A stretch of 64,000 nt of DNA from Thermoanaerobaculia bacterium (GCA_048500275.1 JASNYI010000001.1:484341-548340); one strand, 5' to 3'; counted from the first letter of the stretch, positions 8,901 through 18,250 are shown. Notes: generated by a model not told the origin, from the sequence alone. Made by a program: numbers and translations.

Positions 8901-11836
8901 CCGGAGGAGTAGCCCATCCAGGCGTCGGGAGCGAGGCCGAGGACGCCGCGGGTCAGCTCGACGTGGAGTTGGCAGAGCGCCGACGCGCCCCAGAGCTGCT
9001 CGAGGACGGTGGGATCGCGCTCCTCGTCCGAGTAGACCCACTCGAGGGCGTAAACGAGTGAGCGGCTCCTTCGGCCGAGCGCGCCGGCGAGCGAGGGAAT
9101 CCGCTGGACGAGGTCCCGTCCCATCCCCCGGTACGCGGCCCCGGCCCCCGTGAAGACGAACGCGAGGCCCCCGGACACGGGCCGTTCCGAGAAGTGGATG
9201 CCGGCGCCCGCGGGCGTCCCGCGCTCGAGGAATGCCAGCGCCCGCGCCTGCATCTCCTCGAAGGAGTCGTCGCGCGCGACGAGGACGAGGCGCGCGGGGC
9301 CGTCGAGCCCCTCGCGTCCCGCCTTCAGCGCCTCGGCGACGGCGCGCCGGTCGGCGCCCGCCCAGAAGCGGAGGCGCGGCGCGGGCTCCTCGGTCCAGGG
9401 CGCATGCCCGGCCGCCTCGACGAGGCGGATCGGGGGTGCGTCTCCGCTCACGCGGACCTCCGCCGCGCGAGACCCCTCGACGGGGAGCCAGGGCCGCCCG
9501 TCGGGGAGCCTGCGGAAGTGAAGACCGAGAGCCGCCGCGGCGACGTGGACGAGCGCCGAGGCGGCCGCCGCGTGCCCGAGGCGGGGGACGAGGCTCTCGT
9601 GGCCGTCCGCGAGACCCAGCTTCAAGTGCGTCCCGGCGTCGCCGCCGTCCGCTCCCTCCGCGGCGCTTCCGTCGAACACCGCGTAGATGCGCCTCCCCTG
9701 TCTCTCCGCGTCCTCCAGCCGCTCGAGGACGAGAACGACCGCGGCGTCGCCGGGCGTCCTTCGCCCGGAAGGCAGGAGCTCCTCCGCCGCGCTCCGGTGC
9801 ACCGGCTCGCAGCAGAGGTCGACCGCCCCGACGAGGGCCGCGTCGAGCTCCCCTGCGCGGAGGGCGCGCAGGGCGAGCCCGAGCGCCACCGTCCCCGACG
9901 CCTCTGCGGCCTGCACGGTGAACCCGGGGCCGGTCAGGTCGAGCTGCGAGCTGAGCCGGTTCGCGGGGATGTTCGGCATCGTGCCGACGACGGTCGCGGC
10001 CTCGAGCCGTGGCGCCACGGCGTCGCGGGCTTTCGCGAGCCAGCCGTCCGGCGCCGCCTTCTCGCGTGCCGTCCGCGCGAGACGCCAGCGCGTCCCCCAG
10101 CGTCCGATCTCCCCGTCGGGCTCCATCCCGACGAAGACACCCGTCGTCTCGCGCGGCAGAGGGCCGGTCTCGGCCACCGCCTCGAGGCCGGCGCGGAGCG
10201 CCGCCAGCTGCTGGGGCAGAGTCCGGTCGAGGTCGCGCGGCGGGAAGCGGAGGCCTTCGAGGTACAGCTCGATCGGGCCCATCCTCCCCTCGCCGTCGGC
10301 GTCGAGGAGCGGCTCCCCGGAAAGGAGCGCCGCGGAGAACGCCGCGCGGTCCGCGGCCCGCGCCACCGAGCACCCGAGACCGACGATCGCGACGGGGATC
10401 GGCCCCGGCTCGAGCGCTTCGCCCGACGAGGGAGTGCTCGTGCTGCGCCGCACCGCCGGTCTTCGCACGAACGCACCGGAGGCGCCCGACGCGTCGCCCG
10501 ACGCACCGGCCGCGCCGGTTCCGCCCGCAGCGTCCAGACCGGGGTCGTCCTCGGAGACGACGACGTGGGCGTTGTTCCCGCCGAAGCCGAACGCCGAGAC
10601 CGCGGCGATGCGCGGGCCGTCGGAGGTCCACGGCTCGAGAGCGTGGAGGAGGCGAAACGGCGAGCCGCCGAGCGCGCCCGTCGGGACGTCGGCGTGAAGC
10701 GTCGGCGGCCTCTTGCCCGCGCGCATCGCCTCCATCACCTTGATGAGGCCCGCGGCTCCCGCGACGGTGATGAGGTGCCCGAGGTTCGACTTCAGCGAAC
10801 CGATGGGGACGCCCTCGAGGCCCGCGAAGACGGCGCCCGTGCTTCTCAGCTCGGTCGCGTCGCCGACCGGCGTCCCGGTGGCGTGGCACTCGAGGAGCGA
10901 GACCCGCGAGGGGTCGAGACCCGCGCTCGCGTACGCGGCGCGGATCGCCCGCTCCTGCCCCTCCTCGCCCGGGGCGAGAATGCCCTTGCCGCGGCCGTCG
11001 TTCGAGAGGCCGACACCGCGGATCACGCCGTGGATCGTGTCGCCGTCGCGCCGCGCATCGGCGAGCCTCTTCAGGACGACGAAGGCCGCGCCCTCGGCGG
11101 GAAGGAGCCCGTCCGCGTCGCGGTGAAACGGCCGGGAGCGCCCGCTCCGGCTCAGGGCGGCGAGCGCCGAGAAGCCGACGTGGAGGAAGAGGTCGTCCGC
11201 CGCCTGCACCGCCCCCGCGAGCATCACGTCGGCCTCGCCGTCGTTCAGCCGGTCGCACGCGAGCTTGACGGCGTAGAGCGAGCTGGCGCAGGCGGCGTCG
11301 AGGCAGAAGCTCCCCGCGCCGAGGCCGAGGGCCCGCGCGAGGAGCGAGGCCGTGCCGCCGCTCATGAAGCGGTTCCGCGGGTCGCCGCCTCCCTCTCCCG
11401 TGAAGACGCCCTGCGCGTACGACGCGGCGCCGAGCGAGGGGAACCCGAGGTTCCCGAAGACAGCCCCGGCACGCGGGCGCGAGACGGCGCCCCGCTCCCG
11501 GTCTCCCGCGTCTCCCAGCGCCTCGCGCGCCGTGTGGAGCACCCAGAGGACGAGCGGGTCGAGGCCATCGAGCTCGGACGCGGGGACTCCGAAGCCGCCC
11601 GGCTCCCAGACCGCCTCGAACCCGCGGACGTAGCCGCCCCGGTCCGTCCACGTCCGGTCCGCGGACGGCGACGCCGGGGAGCAGAGGACCTCCTCGGGGT
11701 CGACACCCCACCGGCCGTCGGGCACCGGCCCGACGAGGTCGCGGCCTTCGGCGACGGCCTTCCAGAGCGCGGAAGGGTCCAGGGCGCCGGGCAGGACACA
11801 CGCCCGCCCGACGACGGCGATGGGACCGAACGGCAT
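2972..11836 (-). CDS. pfa3: PUFA-synthase-like megasynthase subunit with domain order KS-CLF-AT-DH(FabA-like)-DH(FabA-like)-AGPAT
   Basis: The 2954-aa protein carries these elements:
- KS active site DAACASSLYAVKLAC.
- A second KS-like domain lacking the catalytic Cys (QAAEASGTVALG), i.e. a chain-length factor.
- An AT domain with GYSSGE.
- Two FabA-type dehydratase regions (FEGHFKNDPCMPG; WFFKAHFFQDPVQPG), each with a pseudo-DH partner.
- A C-terminal PlsC/AGPAT domain with NHQTGVE and VEGTRS motifs.
The ATG at 11836 lies 3 nt after the upstream gene's stop. Confidence 0.9.
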   Translation of the reverse strand: MPFGPIAVVGRACVLPGALDPSALWKAVAEGRDLVGPVPDGRWGVDPEEVLCSPASPSADRTWTDRGGYVRGFEAVWEPGGFGVPASELDGLDPLVLWVLHTAREALGDAGDRERGAVSRPRAGAVFGNLGFPSLGAASYAQGVFTGEGGGDPRNRFMSGGTASLLARALGLGAGSFCLDAACASSLYAVKLACDRLNDGEADVMLAGAVQAADDLFLHVGFSALAALSRSGRSRPFHRDADGLLPAEGAAFVVLKRLADARRDGDTIHGVIRGVGLSNDGRGKGILAPGEEGQERAIRAAYASAGLDPSRVSLLECHATGTPVGDATELRSTGAVFAGLEGVPIGSLKSNLGHLITVAGAAGLIKVMEAMRAGKRPPTLHADVPTGALGGSPFRLLHALEPWTSDGPRIAAVSAFGFGGNNAHVVVSEDDPGLDAAGGTGAAGASGDASGASGAFVRRPAVRRSTSTPSSGEALEPGPIPVAIVGLGCSVARAADRAAFSAALLSGEPLLDADGEGRMGPIELYLEGLRFPPRDLDRTLPQQLAALRAGLEAVAETGPLPRETTGVFVGMEPDGEIGRWGTRWRLARTAREKAAPDGWLAKARDAVAPRLEAATVVGTMPNIPANRLSSQLDLTGPGFTVQAAEASGTVALGLALRALRAGELDAALVGAVDLCCEPVHRSAAEELLPSGRRTPGDAAVVLVLERLEDAERQGRRIYAVFDGSAAEGADGGDAGTHLKLGLADGHESLVPRLGHAAAASALVHVAAAALGLHFRRLPDGRPWLPVEGSRAAEVRVSGDAPPIRLVEAAGHAPWTEEPAPRLRFWAGADRRAVAEALKAGREGLDGPARLVLVARDDSFEEMQARALAFLERGTPAGAGIHFSERPVSGGLAFVFTGAGAAYRGMGRDLVQRIPSLAGALGRRSRSLVYALEWVYSDEERDPTVLEQLWGASALCQLHVELTRGVLGLAPDAWMGYSSGETNALIASGTWTDVDALVHESEASGLFTRELGGSFDAVARRWGRPVRWASWAVLAPVTEVEAVLSSLERVHLAAVHGDADCVVAGDAAACDALVERLGRDRCLPLGYPLAVHVPELGEVREEWLALHRRATTPPTGARLYSNALGGAYEPSREACAEAILGQADRTLDVRPAVLAAWEDGVRVFVEHGPRGVCGRFLRGVLGDREALVVSLDRKGGGIEATLDAVAALLAAGLPVRHEALAALLPEAARSPRPARALSFPAHLPAVAIPPVEPGASTEGLAMPHRMAPAPPLPPVLDEDWSPRRLEAALFPASPAAARPFLPPPPVATGFPFVAPPAASPALPAGTALEATPVLAGFQAHVGQVARLHQDFVLSQQALHERFLSMMQAAEGSLLQATSGAVSAPAPPHPPPAPVSAALAQAAPTPPPAPIPVATPARDAAPTERIDAPPARPEEVPRAPVGPAFDRRELEIHAGGRISEIFGPRFAAQDGYERQVRMPLPPLLLADRVTGLDAEPASMGKGSIRTETDVREDSWYLHQGRMPPGVLIEAGQADLMLISYLGVDLLNRGERVYRLLGCELTYHGDLPRAGETIAFDIHLDGHAAQGDVRLMFFHYDCLKGGRPQLTVRKGQAGFFTDAELAASAGCLWRPEEQAIVESPRLDPPAVACTRSRFERADLEALARGDAFGCFGPGFELAQTHTQSPRIQEGRMLLLDRVTAFEAAGGPWGRGYLRAELDVRPDRWFFEGHFKNDPCMPGTLMFEGCLQAMAFHLAAMGFTLARDGWRFQPEPELPYQLQCRGQVTPASRLLVTEVFVEEVVAGPVPTLYADLLCTVDGLKAFHARRVALQLVPDWPLEAMPALVAAARADVRPVAEADGVRFDEASLLACAWGRPSRAFGPMYARFDGPTRVARLPGPPYLFMSRVVEVQGEMGGMKPGARAVVEYDVPDDAWYFGENGARTMPFAVLLEAALQPCGWLSSWAGCALSVEGELGFRNLDGAGTLLGEVRPGGGPLVTRVELKSIAASGSTIIVSFAVECSQDGRPVYRLETVFGFFAAASLASQAGLPAREAESDLLARPGNTLVDFASRPAAFFSSDRPRLAGPMLLMIDRVDGFWPGAGAASLGQIRAVKDVDPGEWFFKAHFFQDPVQPGSLGIEAMIQTLQAFMLETRMDDGIPRPRFEPLEVGRELKWKYRGQVLPHHRTVHTTLELTGQGRDDRGVWAVANASLWANGQRIYEAQGLGMRIVAGDPGAPADAGAAGERGATLDRYDSCAPRSGRDPRESAAGSPAFSADADLRGAGLLLDPSREAWMRDHCPTYTVPALPMMVLVDLLARGSDGAGPVIGLRDVRVNGWCLANGPQRFRAESAGPTTRLLSAPADGGGGPAGADRVVATARVLHGAWPERPAPWPSAEGETAPLPYESGALFHGPAFQVLERLVTGPGASSSVLSAASGVPAGLLNPALLDGATHGIPHDALHTWDAAYDPGKVAYPALIPEIDFFGPAPASGTVRCEVRLRPFLATPDHPVFRIQLVGEEGAWCQMRLVEACFPKGPIGSVAPSLRRAFLADRAPVPGLRLSRVEGGDTLLTDGEVAASDWLPGTVERIYGSRLTEDVALREHVAAVHGLHPGRVLSQLPLTRFDLAVSREDAGVRVSGDPWGRVDASPVRAFWTRWFGRGPWPVEDLYYGLVERFLRRVVVEAPEAHEALRGRSVVYLANHQTGVESLLFSIVASALNEVPTVTLAKIEHRTTWLGRLIRHSFSYPGVRDPLLMTFFDREDRSSLPRVISELAAEMAGPGRSVLVHVEGTRSLSCRTRVEKMSGAFIDMALQSGAPIVPVRFTGGLPVEPAAKRLEFPLGLGRQDVHLGRPFLPGDLSGLHYGARKERVLEAINGLGVPNEREEPLPGDPVLAARVGAWQEARGVSHEHATLREVLAGLGSPGPDVARLLAATSAAELEADGSPEGAWLAELGRWLLGDA

Positions 11837-11839
11837 CGA

Positions 11840-14800
11840 TCAGGCCTTGCCGTTCGCGACCGGGTACGTGTGCGTCTCGACTCCCGTCAGCTCGGCCACC
11901 GGCCGCCCCTCGTCGTCGGAGAGGAGGACGTCGGTCGTGACCGAGAGGCTCCCGACCTTCCGCCTGTGGGCGGTCGCGGTGAGAAGCCCCTCGCCAGGCG
12001 CCCGGAAGGCGCGCAGGCGGCCGATCGTCGTCGGCAGGCTCGCTCCCCCGAGCATCCGGTGGCCGTAGAGGACGGCGACCTGGAGGCCGCCGTCGAGCGC
12101 CGCCGCGTCGAGCTGCCACGGGCCGTGCTCCCAGCCCGCGCTGGAGACGCCGCGCACGCGGCCGCCCGCGCCGTGGTCCGAGATTCCGTCCATCTCCTCG
12201 ATCAGCTCGAACGCGTCGCGGTGGAAGAGGAGGTCGTCGTAGATCTCCTCCCCCTCCCAGGCGTCGAGCGGCGGGTGCGGTGAGGCTTCTCCCGGCGTCG
12301 CGGGCTCTCTCGAGAGCTCCGCGCGGGCGCTGTAGTGGTGCGTCCCGCCCGCCCCGCGCATGTCGAGCTGCAGCTCCCGGCCGCCGTTCCCCGGGAGCGG
12401 GCGCGCCTCGATCACGAAGCGGTCGCCGCCGTTGTCGAAGCCGCCGAGCCGGATCCCCTTCAGCACCTTCAGGTCGTGGAGCGCGGCGAGGGAGTACCCG
12501 GGGCGCAGCCCGCGCGCGGCCCTTGCGAACCACTCGGCCGCGAGGACGACCGGGACGACCGGCGTGCCGTTGATGGCGTGCCCCGCGAGGTACCCGTGGC
12601 TCCGCCGCGCGACCTTCAGCTCCAGCGCGTCGACGCGCGCGTCGGCGCCCGCGACGAGGAGAGCCTCGGCTCGCGGCTCGCCTCCGAGGACGAGCTCGAC
12701 CACCGACCGGCTCGAACCGCGAACCTCGTCCGCGAACATCCGGGCGCCGTTCGCGAGGGGGATCATCGGGACGCCGAGAGAGGCGAAGCGCTCCTTCAGC
12801 TGCGGCGTCACCATCCCGGCCTCCCACGGCCCCCACCCGAGCGACTTCACGAGGAGGCCGGGACGACGCCGGGCCTCGGCCCACGCCACCTTCGCGAGGA
12901 CCTCGTTGGCCATCGCGTAGTCGGCCTGGCCCGTGTTGCCGCACCGGGCCGAGACCGAGGAGAAGACGCAGAGGAGCTTCAGCGGGTCGCCCTGGGTCGC
13001 CGCGAGGAGCGCGCGGAGCCCCTCGACCTTCGTGTCGAAGACGCGGTCGAACTGCTCGTCCGTCTTGCCGGAGATCTTCCGGTCCGCGAGCACCCCCGCC
13101 GCGTGGACGACGCCCGCGACCGGACCCCACTCCTCGCGCACGCGCTCGAGGACGAGAGAGAGCTCGCGCGCGCCTGCGACGTTCACCGCCTCGTACCGCG
13201 CCTCGCTCCCGGCCGCCTCGAGCGCGGCGAGCGTCGAACGGATCTCGCGGCAGGCGAGGACGTCGCGGACGCGCGCCCCGAGCTCGGCGGGAGCGGGACT
13301 CTCCCCCGCGGCCCGCGCGGCCGCGAGGAGCGCCTTCTTGAGCGCCGTCTCGTCGGCGGCCCCGCGGCAGCAGGCAGGTTCTTCCGCAAGCGCGGTTCGT
13401 CCCAGGAGGACGAAGCGCGCCTTCGAGTCGCGGGCCCACTCCACGAGGCACGCCGAGGTCACGCCGCGCGCGCCCCCCGAGACGACGACGACGTCGCCGG
13501 GACCGATCACGGGCTCTCCCGGCTCGACGTCCCGCTTCACGCTCCTGAGCGTGAACCGCCCACCCGCGGCCGGCAGGGCCACCTCGATCTCGCCTCCCCC
13601 GTGGAGGAGCTCGTCGGCGAGCGCGCGCGCGATCTCGTCCGCGCCGCGCCCCTTCCGCTCGACGTCGATCGCCTTCACCGACGCCCGCGGCCACTCCTGG
13701 CTCGCCGTCTTGACGAGGGCCGGGAGGCCCGAGAGCCATGCGCGGCCCTCGTCCATCGCTCCCATCCCGAACGCCGCGCCCGTGTCCTGCGCGGTCACGA
13801 AGAGGCCCTTTCCGCCTTCGAGCGTGGGGGCAAGGCTGCGCGCCACGCGGAACGCCTCGCGGTTCACGGCGATCGCCTCGTCGAGCCCGCGCACCTCGCA
13901 GAGGCCTCCGAGGTAGACGACCGCCGTCGCGCCGTCCGGGACGGCGGCCGTCGCCCGCGCGTTCACGCCGCGCCGCGCGAGCTCGACCGCGAGCGCTTCG
14001 TCGAGCGCGCCGCCGCCCGTGACCCAGACCTCGCCTCCGCCCAGGAGGCCGGGCTGCGCGAGGCCCGCGGCCGGCGCCTCGATCCGCTCGAGGACGTAGC
14101 GGCCGAGCAGGGCCGGCGCCGGGTGAGAGGCCGAGCCGTCCTCCTCGCGCGGCGGTTCAACCGCTGCGGCCGCCGCGCCGGGGCTCGCGTCGATCGCGGC
14201 CCGCGCCGGGGCCGCCACCTGCACGGGAGCGACCGGCGCCTGGCCCGCGGGGCCGCGCATGTAGTCCACGATCGCACCGAGCGTCCGGAGCGCCGCCATG
14301 TGCGCCATGTCCACCTCCGGCAGCCCCGGCGCCTGCTCCTGCACCGCCGAGAGGATCTCGACCCGCTTGATCGAGTCGATGCCGAGGTCTCCCTCGAGGT
14401 CCATTCCGAGGTTCAGCATGTCGGCCGGGTAGCCCGTCTTCTCGGCCACCACGGCGAGAATCAGCGCCTGGAGGTCCACGGGCGTGGAGGTCGGCGCGTC
14501 CGGCGCCGTCACGCTCGCGCCCGCGGCGTCGGCCGGGGCGGCGAGGCCCCGCATGTAGTCCACGATCGCACCGAGGGTCCGGAGCGCTGCCATGTGCGCC
14601 ATGTCCAACTTCGGCAGCCCCGGCGCCTGCTCCTGCAACGCCGAGAGAATCTCGACCCGCTTGATCGAGTCGACGCCGAGGTCTCCCTCGAGGTCCATCC
14701 CGAGGTTCAGCATGTCGGCCGGGTAGCCCGTCTTCTCGGCCACCACCGACAGCATCAGCGCGTGGAGGTCCACCGCCGCGGCGGGGCGCTCGGGCACGGG

Positions 14801-17800
14801 CGACGCGACGGCGGAGACGGTGGTCGCGGACGGCACGACATACGCCGCGATCGTCCTGGACGCGATGACGGGCTCGGGGCGAGGGGCGACGGGTTCGGGC
14901 CGATGGGCCGCGAGCGCGGGAACCGACGTCATCGCCACCGGTGCGGGTGGGATGGCTGCCTCCGGAACGGCCCGCAGCGGGGTTTCGACGGCCAGGGGCG
15001 CGACCGGCCGCGCGAGCGTCGGCTGGACGTGCGGCAGGCCGGCCGGCAGCGCGTACCCCATCGCCGAGAGCCCTGCGAAACCCGCCTCGGCAACGCGGAG
15101 GTAGGCCGCGTGGCTCTCGGCCATCGCCCGCTGGAACACGGAGTGCGCTTCAGCCGTCTGGCGCTGGCTCTCCTGGAAGGCGAGGACCCAGGCGGAGGGG
15201 CCGGCGGCGGGAGCTGGTGCAGCGAACGGCACGGGTGCAGGCAGAGGCGTCGATGCCGCTGCCGGCGGCGGCGCCGAGGCTGGCGCCGGTGCCTGGGCCG
15301 CAGCCGAAAGGGAAGCGTTCAGCGGATTCACGGTCTCGGCCTTCGACGTCACGGGCTCCTCCACGGGGGCGGCTGCCGGCCGCGGCGGGTTGGGGGCGGG
15401 CAGGTCCCGGGCGCCTCCCGGCGGGGGGTAGACCTTGCCGTAGTTGCTTCCGCAGATCGCGACGGCGAGCTTCGGCGCGGGCGCGCCCGCGGCCGTCGCG
15501 CTCTCGCGGTACTCCTCGAAGAGGCGGGCGGGTTCCATCGGGACACCCGCCGCCGCGAGGCGCACGAGGCCGAGGAGGAGCGACTCGACGCCCCCCTTCC
15601 CCTTGCGGTCGAGGCTCACGGCGGCGTGGGGCCTCCCGTCGAGGATCGCGCCCACGAGGCCCGTGAGGACCGACGCCGGGCCGACCTCCACGAACGTCCG
15701 GGCTCCCGCCTCGTACATCGCCTCGACCATCTCGACGAAGCGGACGGGTCTGGCGATCTGGGCGGCGAGGGCCGCGCGCAGCGAGCCGGGCTCCTCCGCG
15801 TGGGGGGCGGCGGTGGAGTTGGAGTAGACCGGGATCCGGGGCGGCTCGAACGCGACGCCTTCGAGGAACCGCGCGAACGGCTCGCACGAGGCCGAGACGA
15901 CCCCGGAGTGGAAGGCGGTCGCCACCGGGAGGCGCCGCGCGGTGATCCCCTCGGCCGCGAGCCTGCCCTCGAGCTCCTCGACGGCGTCGGAGGGTCCCGA
16001 CACGACGACCTGCGCGGGGCCGTTGTGGTTCGCCACGACGACGCGAGGCGCGAGGCGCGCGAGAAGCTCTCGCGCCCTTTCGACCGGGAGCGTCAGGGCG
16101 GACATCGCCCCGGGAATCGAGGCTGCCTCGGCCATCAGCTCGCCGCGGCGCCGCGCCACCGCGAGGACGTCGTCCGCGCCGAGGACGCCCGCGGCGTGGA
16201 GGGCCACGACCTCGCCGAAGCTGTGCCCGCCCACGAGGTCGGGGGTGATCCCGAGGCGCTCGAGGAGCGAGAGCAGAGAGAGAGACGCGCAGCCGATCGC
16301 CGGCTGCGCCCAGGACGTCTTCGTCAGGCGCTCGCTGTCGCGGCGCCCCTTCCCGGAACCGAACCCCGGCCGGGGGAAGACGACCTCGTGGAGCGGCGTC
16401 CCTTCCTCGAACGCGACGTCCGCCGCGCGGTCCCACGGCTCCCGCGCCGCCTCGAAGGCCATCGCGAGCTCCGCGCCCATCCCGAGGTACTGACTTCCCT
16501 GCCCCGGGAAGAGGAAGGCGACCTTGCCCGCCGATTCGCCGAGACCGAAGGCGCTCCCGTCGGGAAGCGCGAAGGGGCGGGACGGCGCCTCCTCGATCCG
16601 CTTCGCGGCCGCTTCGAGCTTCGCTGCGAGGTCGGCCCCGCTCGTCGCGACGAGGGCGAGGCGCGCCGCCGCGCGGGCGTCGTACGCCCTCAGGCTCGCG
16701 CGGGCGAGGACGTCGAAGGACGCGCCCGAACGCGCCCCGGCCGCGAGGTCGCGCGCCTTTCGGGCGACGTCGGCTGCGTCGGCGCCACAGGCGATGACGA
16801 GCTGCCGGCCGAGGGTCGGAAGCCGCTCCGCGCGCGGGGCCGGACCCCGGTACTCCTCGAGCGCCACGTGGAAGTTGGAGCCCCCGAAGCCGAAGGCGCT
16901 GACGGAGGCGCGGCGCGGGTGGTCTCCCCCGCGAATCCAGGGGCGCGCCTCGGTGCTCAGGTAGAACGGGCTCTCCTCGAGGTTCAGCTTCGGGTTCGGG
17001 GCGTCGATCTTGATGCTCGGCGGGAGGACCCGGTGGTGGAGCGCCATGACGGCCTTGAAGAGGCCAGCGGCCCCGGCGGCGGCCTTGGCGTGGCCGATCT
17101 GGCTCTTGACCGAGCCGAGCGCGCACCACTGCCGATCGCTCCTCCCGCTCTCCGCGAAGACGCTCCGGAGCCCCTCGAACTCGGCCACGTCGCCGGCCTT
17201 CGTCCCGGTCCCGTGCGCTTCCACGAGCTCGACGGTCTCGGGGCCGTAGCCCCCGAGCGCGTAGGCCCGGCGGAGCGCCTTCGCCTGCCCCTCCGGGACG
17301 GGCGCGTAGACGCTCTTCGAGCGGCCGTCCGAGGAGGTGCCGACGCCGCGGATCACGGCGTAGATCCGGTCCCCGTCGCGCTCGGCGTCCGCGAGCCGGC
17401 GGAGGGCGACCATCCCCAGCCCCTCGCCCAGCATCGTGCCGTCGGCCCTGTCGCTGAAGGGGCGGCAGTCGCCGCTCGGCGAGAGCGCCGGGGTCTTGGA
17501 GAAGCACATGAACATGAAGATGTCGTTCAGCGTGTCGACGCCCCCCGAGATCACGAGGTCGCTGTGCCCGAGCTGCAGCTCGGCCACGGCCATCGAGAGC
17601 GCGCTGAACGTCGAGGCGCAGGCGGCGTCGGTGACGCAGTTCGTCCCGCCGAGGTCGAGGCGGTTCGCGATGCGCCCGGCGACGACGTTGCCGAGGAGGC
17701 CGGGAAACGTCGCCTCCTGCCACGGGACGTAGTGCGAGGCGATCCGGTCGCAGATCCCCTTCACCTCGTCCTCGGGCACGCCGGCCTCGCGCAGCGCCTT

Positions 17801-18250
17801 CACCCAGACGGGGCGCTGGAGGCGGCCGATCATCGTGGAGAGAAGCTCCTGGGCGCTCGTGACGCCGAGGATCACCGAGACGCGCGAGCGGTCGAGCGTG
17901 CCGATCCGCTCGCGGGCGGCGTCCTCGAGGACCTTCTGCGCCAGGATGAGCGCGAGGAGCTGCGAGGTGTCCGTCGCCGGGATCGTCGAGGGGGGAACGC
18001 CCCACCCGAGCGCGTCGAAGTCGACCGGGTCGAGGAAGGCGCCGCGGCGCGCGTAGGTCTTGTCGGGGGCCGAAGGGTCCGGGTCGTAGTAGTCCTCGAC
18101 GAGCCAGTGGCTCGCGGGGACGTCCCGGATCAGGTCGGCGCCTGCGAGGATGTCGCGCCAGAAGCCGGTGGCGTCGATCGAGCCGGGGAAGAGGGCGCTG
18201 ACGCCCACGACGGCGATCGGCTGGCGGTTCGGGGAGTCGTCTCGGGTCAT
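11840..18250 (-). CDS. pfa2: PUFA-synthase-like megasynthase subunit with domain order KS-AT(malonyl)-ACP-ACP-KR-DH
   Basis: The 2136-aa protein carries these elements:
- KS active site TDAACASTFSALS.
- AT domain with GHSFGE and AFHS motifs.
- Two nearly identical ACP domains (LGMDLEGDLG[VI]DSIKRVEIL).
- KR domain (Ser...YAMAN).
- PKS-type DH (HGYLAGHAINGTPVVP). Confidence 0.9.
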   Translation of the reverse strand: MTRDDSPNRQPIAVVGVSALFPGSIDATGFWRDILAGADLIRDVPASHWLVEDYYDPDPSAPDKTYARRGAFLDPVDFDALGWGVPPSTIPATDTSQLLALILAQKVLEDAARERIGTLDRSRVSVILGVTSAQELLSTMIGRLQRPVWVKALREAGVPEDEVKGICDRIASHYVPWQEATFPGLLGNVVAGRIANRLDLGGTNCVTDAACASTFSALSMAVAELQLGHSDLVISGGVDTLNDIFMFMCFSKTPALSPSGDCRPFSDRADGTMLGEGLGMVALRRLADAERDGDRIYAVIRGVGTSSDGRSKSVYAPVPEGQAKALRRAYALGGYGPETVELVEAHGTGTKAGDVAEFEGLRSVFAESGRSDRQWCALGSVKSQIGHAKAAAGAAGLFKAVMALHHRVLPPSIKIDAPNPKLNLEESPFYLSTEARPWIRGGDHPRRASVSAFGFGGSNFHVALEEYRGPAPRAERLPTLGRQLVIACGADAADVARKARDLAAGARSGASFDVLARASLRAYDARAAARLALVATSGADLAAKLEAAAKRIEEAPSRPFALPDGSAFGLGESAGKVAFLFPGQGSQYLGMGAELAMAFEAAREPWDRAADVAFEEGTPLHEVVFPRPGFGSGKGRRDSERLTKTSWAQPAIGCASLSLLSLLERLGITPDLVGGHSFGEVVALHAAGVLGADDVLAVARRRGELMAEAASIPGAMSALTLPVERARELLARLAPRVVVANHNGPAQVVVSGPSDAVEELEGRLAAEGITARRLPVATAFHSGVVSASCEPFARFLEGVAFEPPRIPVYSNSTAAPHAEEPGSLRAALAAQIARPVRFVEMVEAMYEAGARTFVEVGPASVLTGLVGAILDGRPHAAVSLDRKGKGGVESLLLGLVRLAAAGVPMEPARLFEEYRESATAAGAPAPKLAVAICGSNYGKVYPPPGGARDLPAPNPPRPAAAPVEEPVTSKAETVNPLNASLSAAAQAPAPASAPPPAAASTPLPAPVPFAAPAPAAGPSAWVLAFQESQRQTAEAHSVFQRAMAESHAAYLRVAEAGFAGLSAMGYALPAGLPHVQPTLARPVAPLAVETPLRAVPEAAIPPAPVAMTSVPALAAHRPEPVAPRPEPVIASRTIAAYVVPSATTVSAVASPVPERPAAAVDLHALMLSVVAEKTGYPADMLNLGMDLEGDLGVDSIKRVEILSALQEQAPGLPKLDMAHMAALRTLGAIVDYMRGLAAPADAAGASVTAPDAPTSTPVDLQALILAVVAEKTGYPADMLNLGMDLEGDLGIDSIKRVEILSAVQEQAPGLPEVDMAHMAALRTLGAIVDYMRGPAGQAPVAPVQVAAPARAAIDASPGAAAAAVEPPREEDGSASHPAPALLGRYVLERIEAPAAGLAQPGLLGGGEVWVTGGGALDEALAVELARRGVNARATAAVPDGATAVVYLGGLCEVRGLDEAIAVNREAFRVARSLAPTLEGGKGLFVTAQDTGAAFGMGAMDEGRAWLSGLPALVKTASQEWPRASVKAIDVERKGRGADEIARALADELLHGGGEIEVALPAAGGRFTLRSVKRDVEPGEPVIGPGDVVVVSGGARGVTSACLVEWARDSKARFVLLGRTALAEEPACCRGAADETALKKALLAAARAAGESPAPAELGARVRDVLACREIRSTLAALEAAGSEARYEAVNVAGARELSLVLERVREEWGPVAGVVHAAGVLADRKISGKTDEQFDRVFDTKVEGLRALLAATQGDPLKLLCVFSSVSARCGNTGQADYAMANEVLAKVAWAEARRRPGLLVKSLGWGPWEAGMVTPQLKERFASLGVPMIPLANGARMFADEVRGSSRSVVELVLGGEPRAEALLVAGADARVDALELKVARRSHGYLAGHAINGTPVVPVVLAAEWFARAARGLRPGYSLAALHDLKVLKGIRLGGFDNGGDRFVIEARPLPGNGGRELQLDMRGAGGTHHYSARAELSREPATPGEASPHPPLDAWEGEEIYDDLLFHRDAFELIEEMDGISDHGAGGRVRGVSSAGWEHGPWQLDAAALDGGLQVAVLYGHRMLGGASLPTTIGRLRAFRAPGEGLLTATAHRRKVGSLSVTTDVLLSDDEGRPVAELTGVETHTYPVANGKA
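14256..14775 (-). repeat. Intragenic tandem duplication (period about 295 bp) encoding the two ACP domains of pfa2
   Basis: Roughly 14256-14478 and 14551-14773 are about 90% identical at the DNA level. Both begin gcatgtagtccacgatcgcaccgag. They encode ACP repeats that differ at only a few residues. Confidence 0.8.

Noticed and set aside
14256-14775. Possible CRISPR-like or direct-repeat array.
   Set aside because: The repeats are 295-bp units inside a coding region, encode ACP domains, and have no short spacer-repeat periodicity. No cas genes are present.
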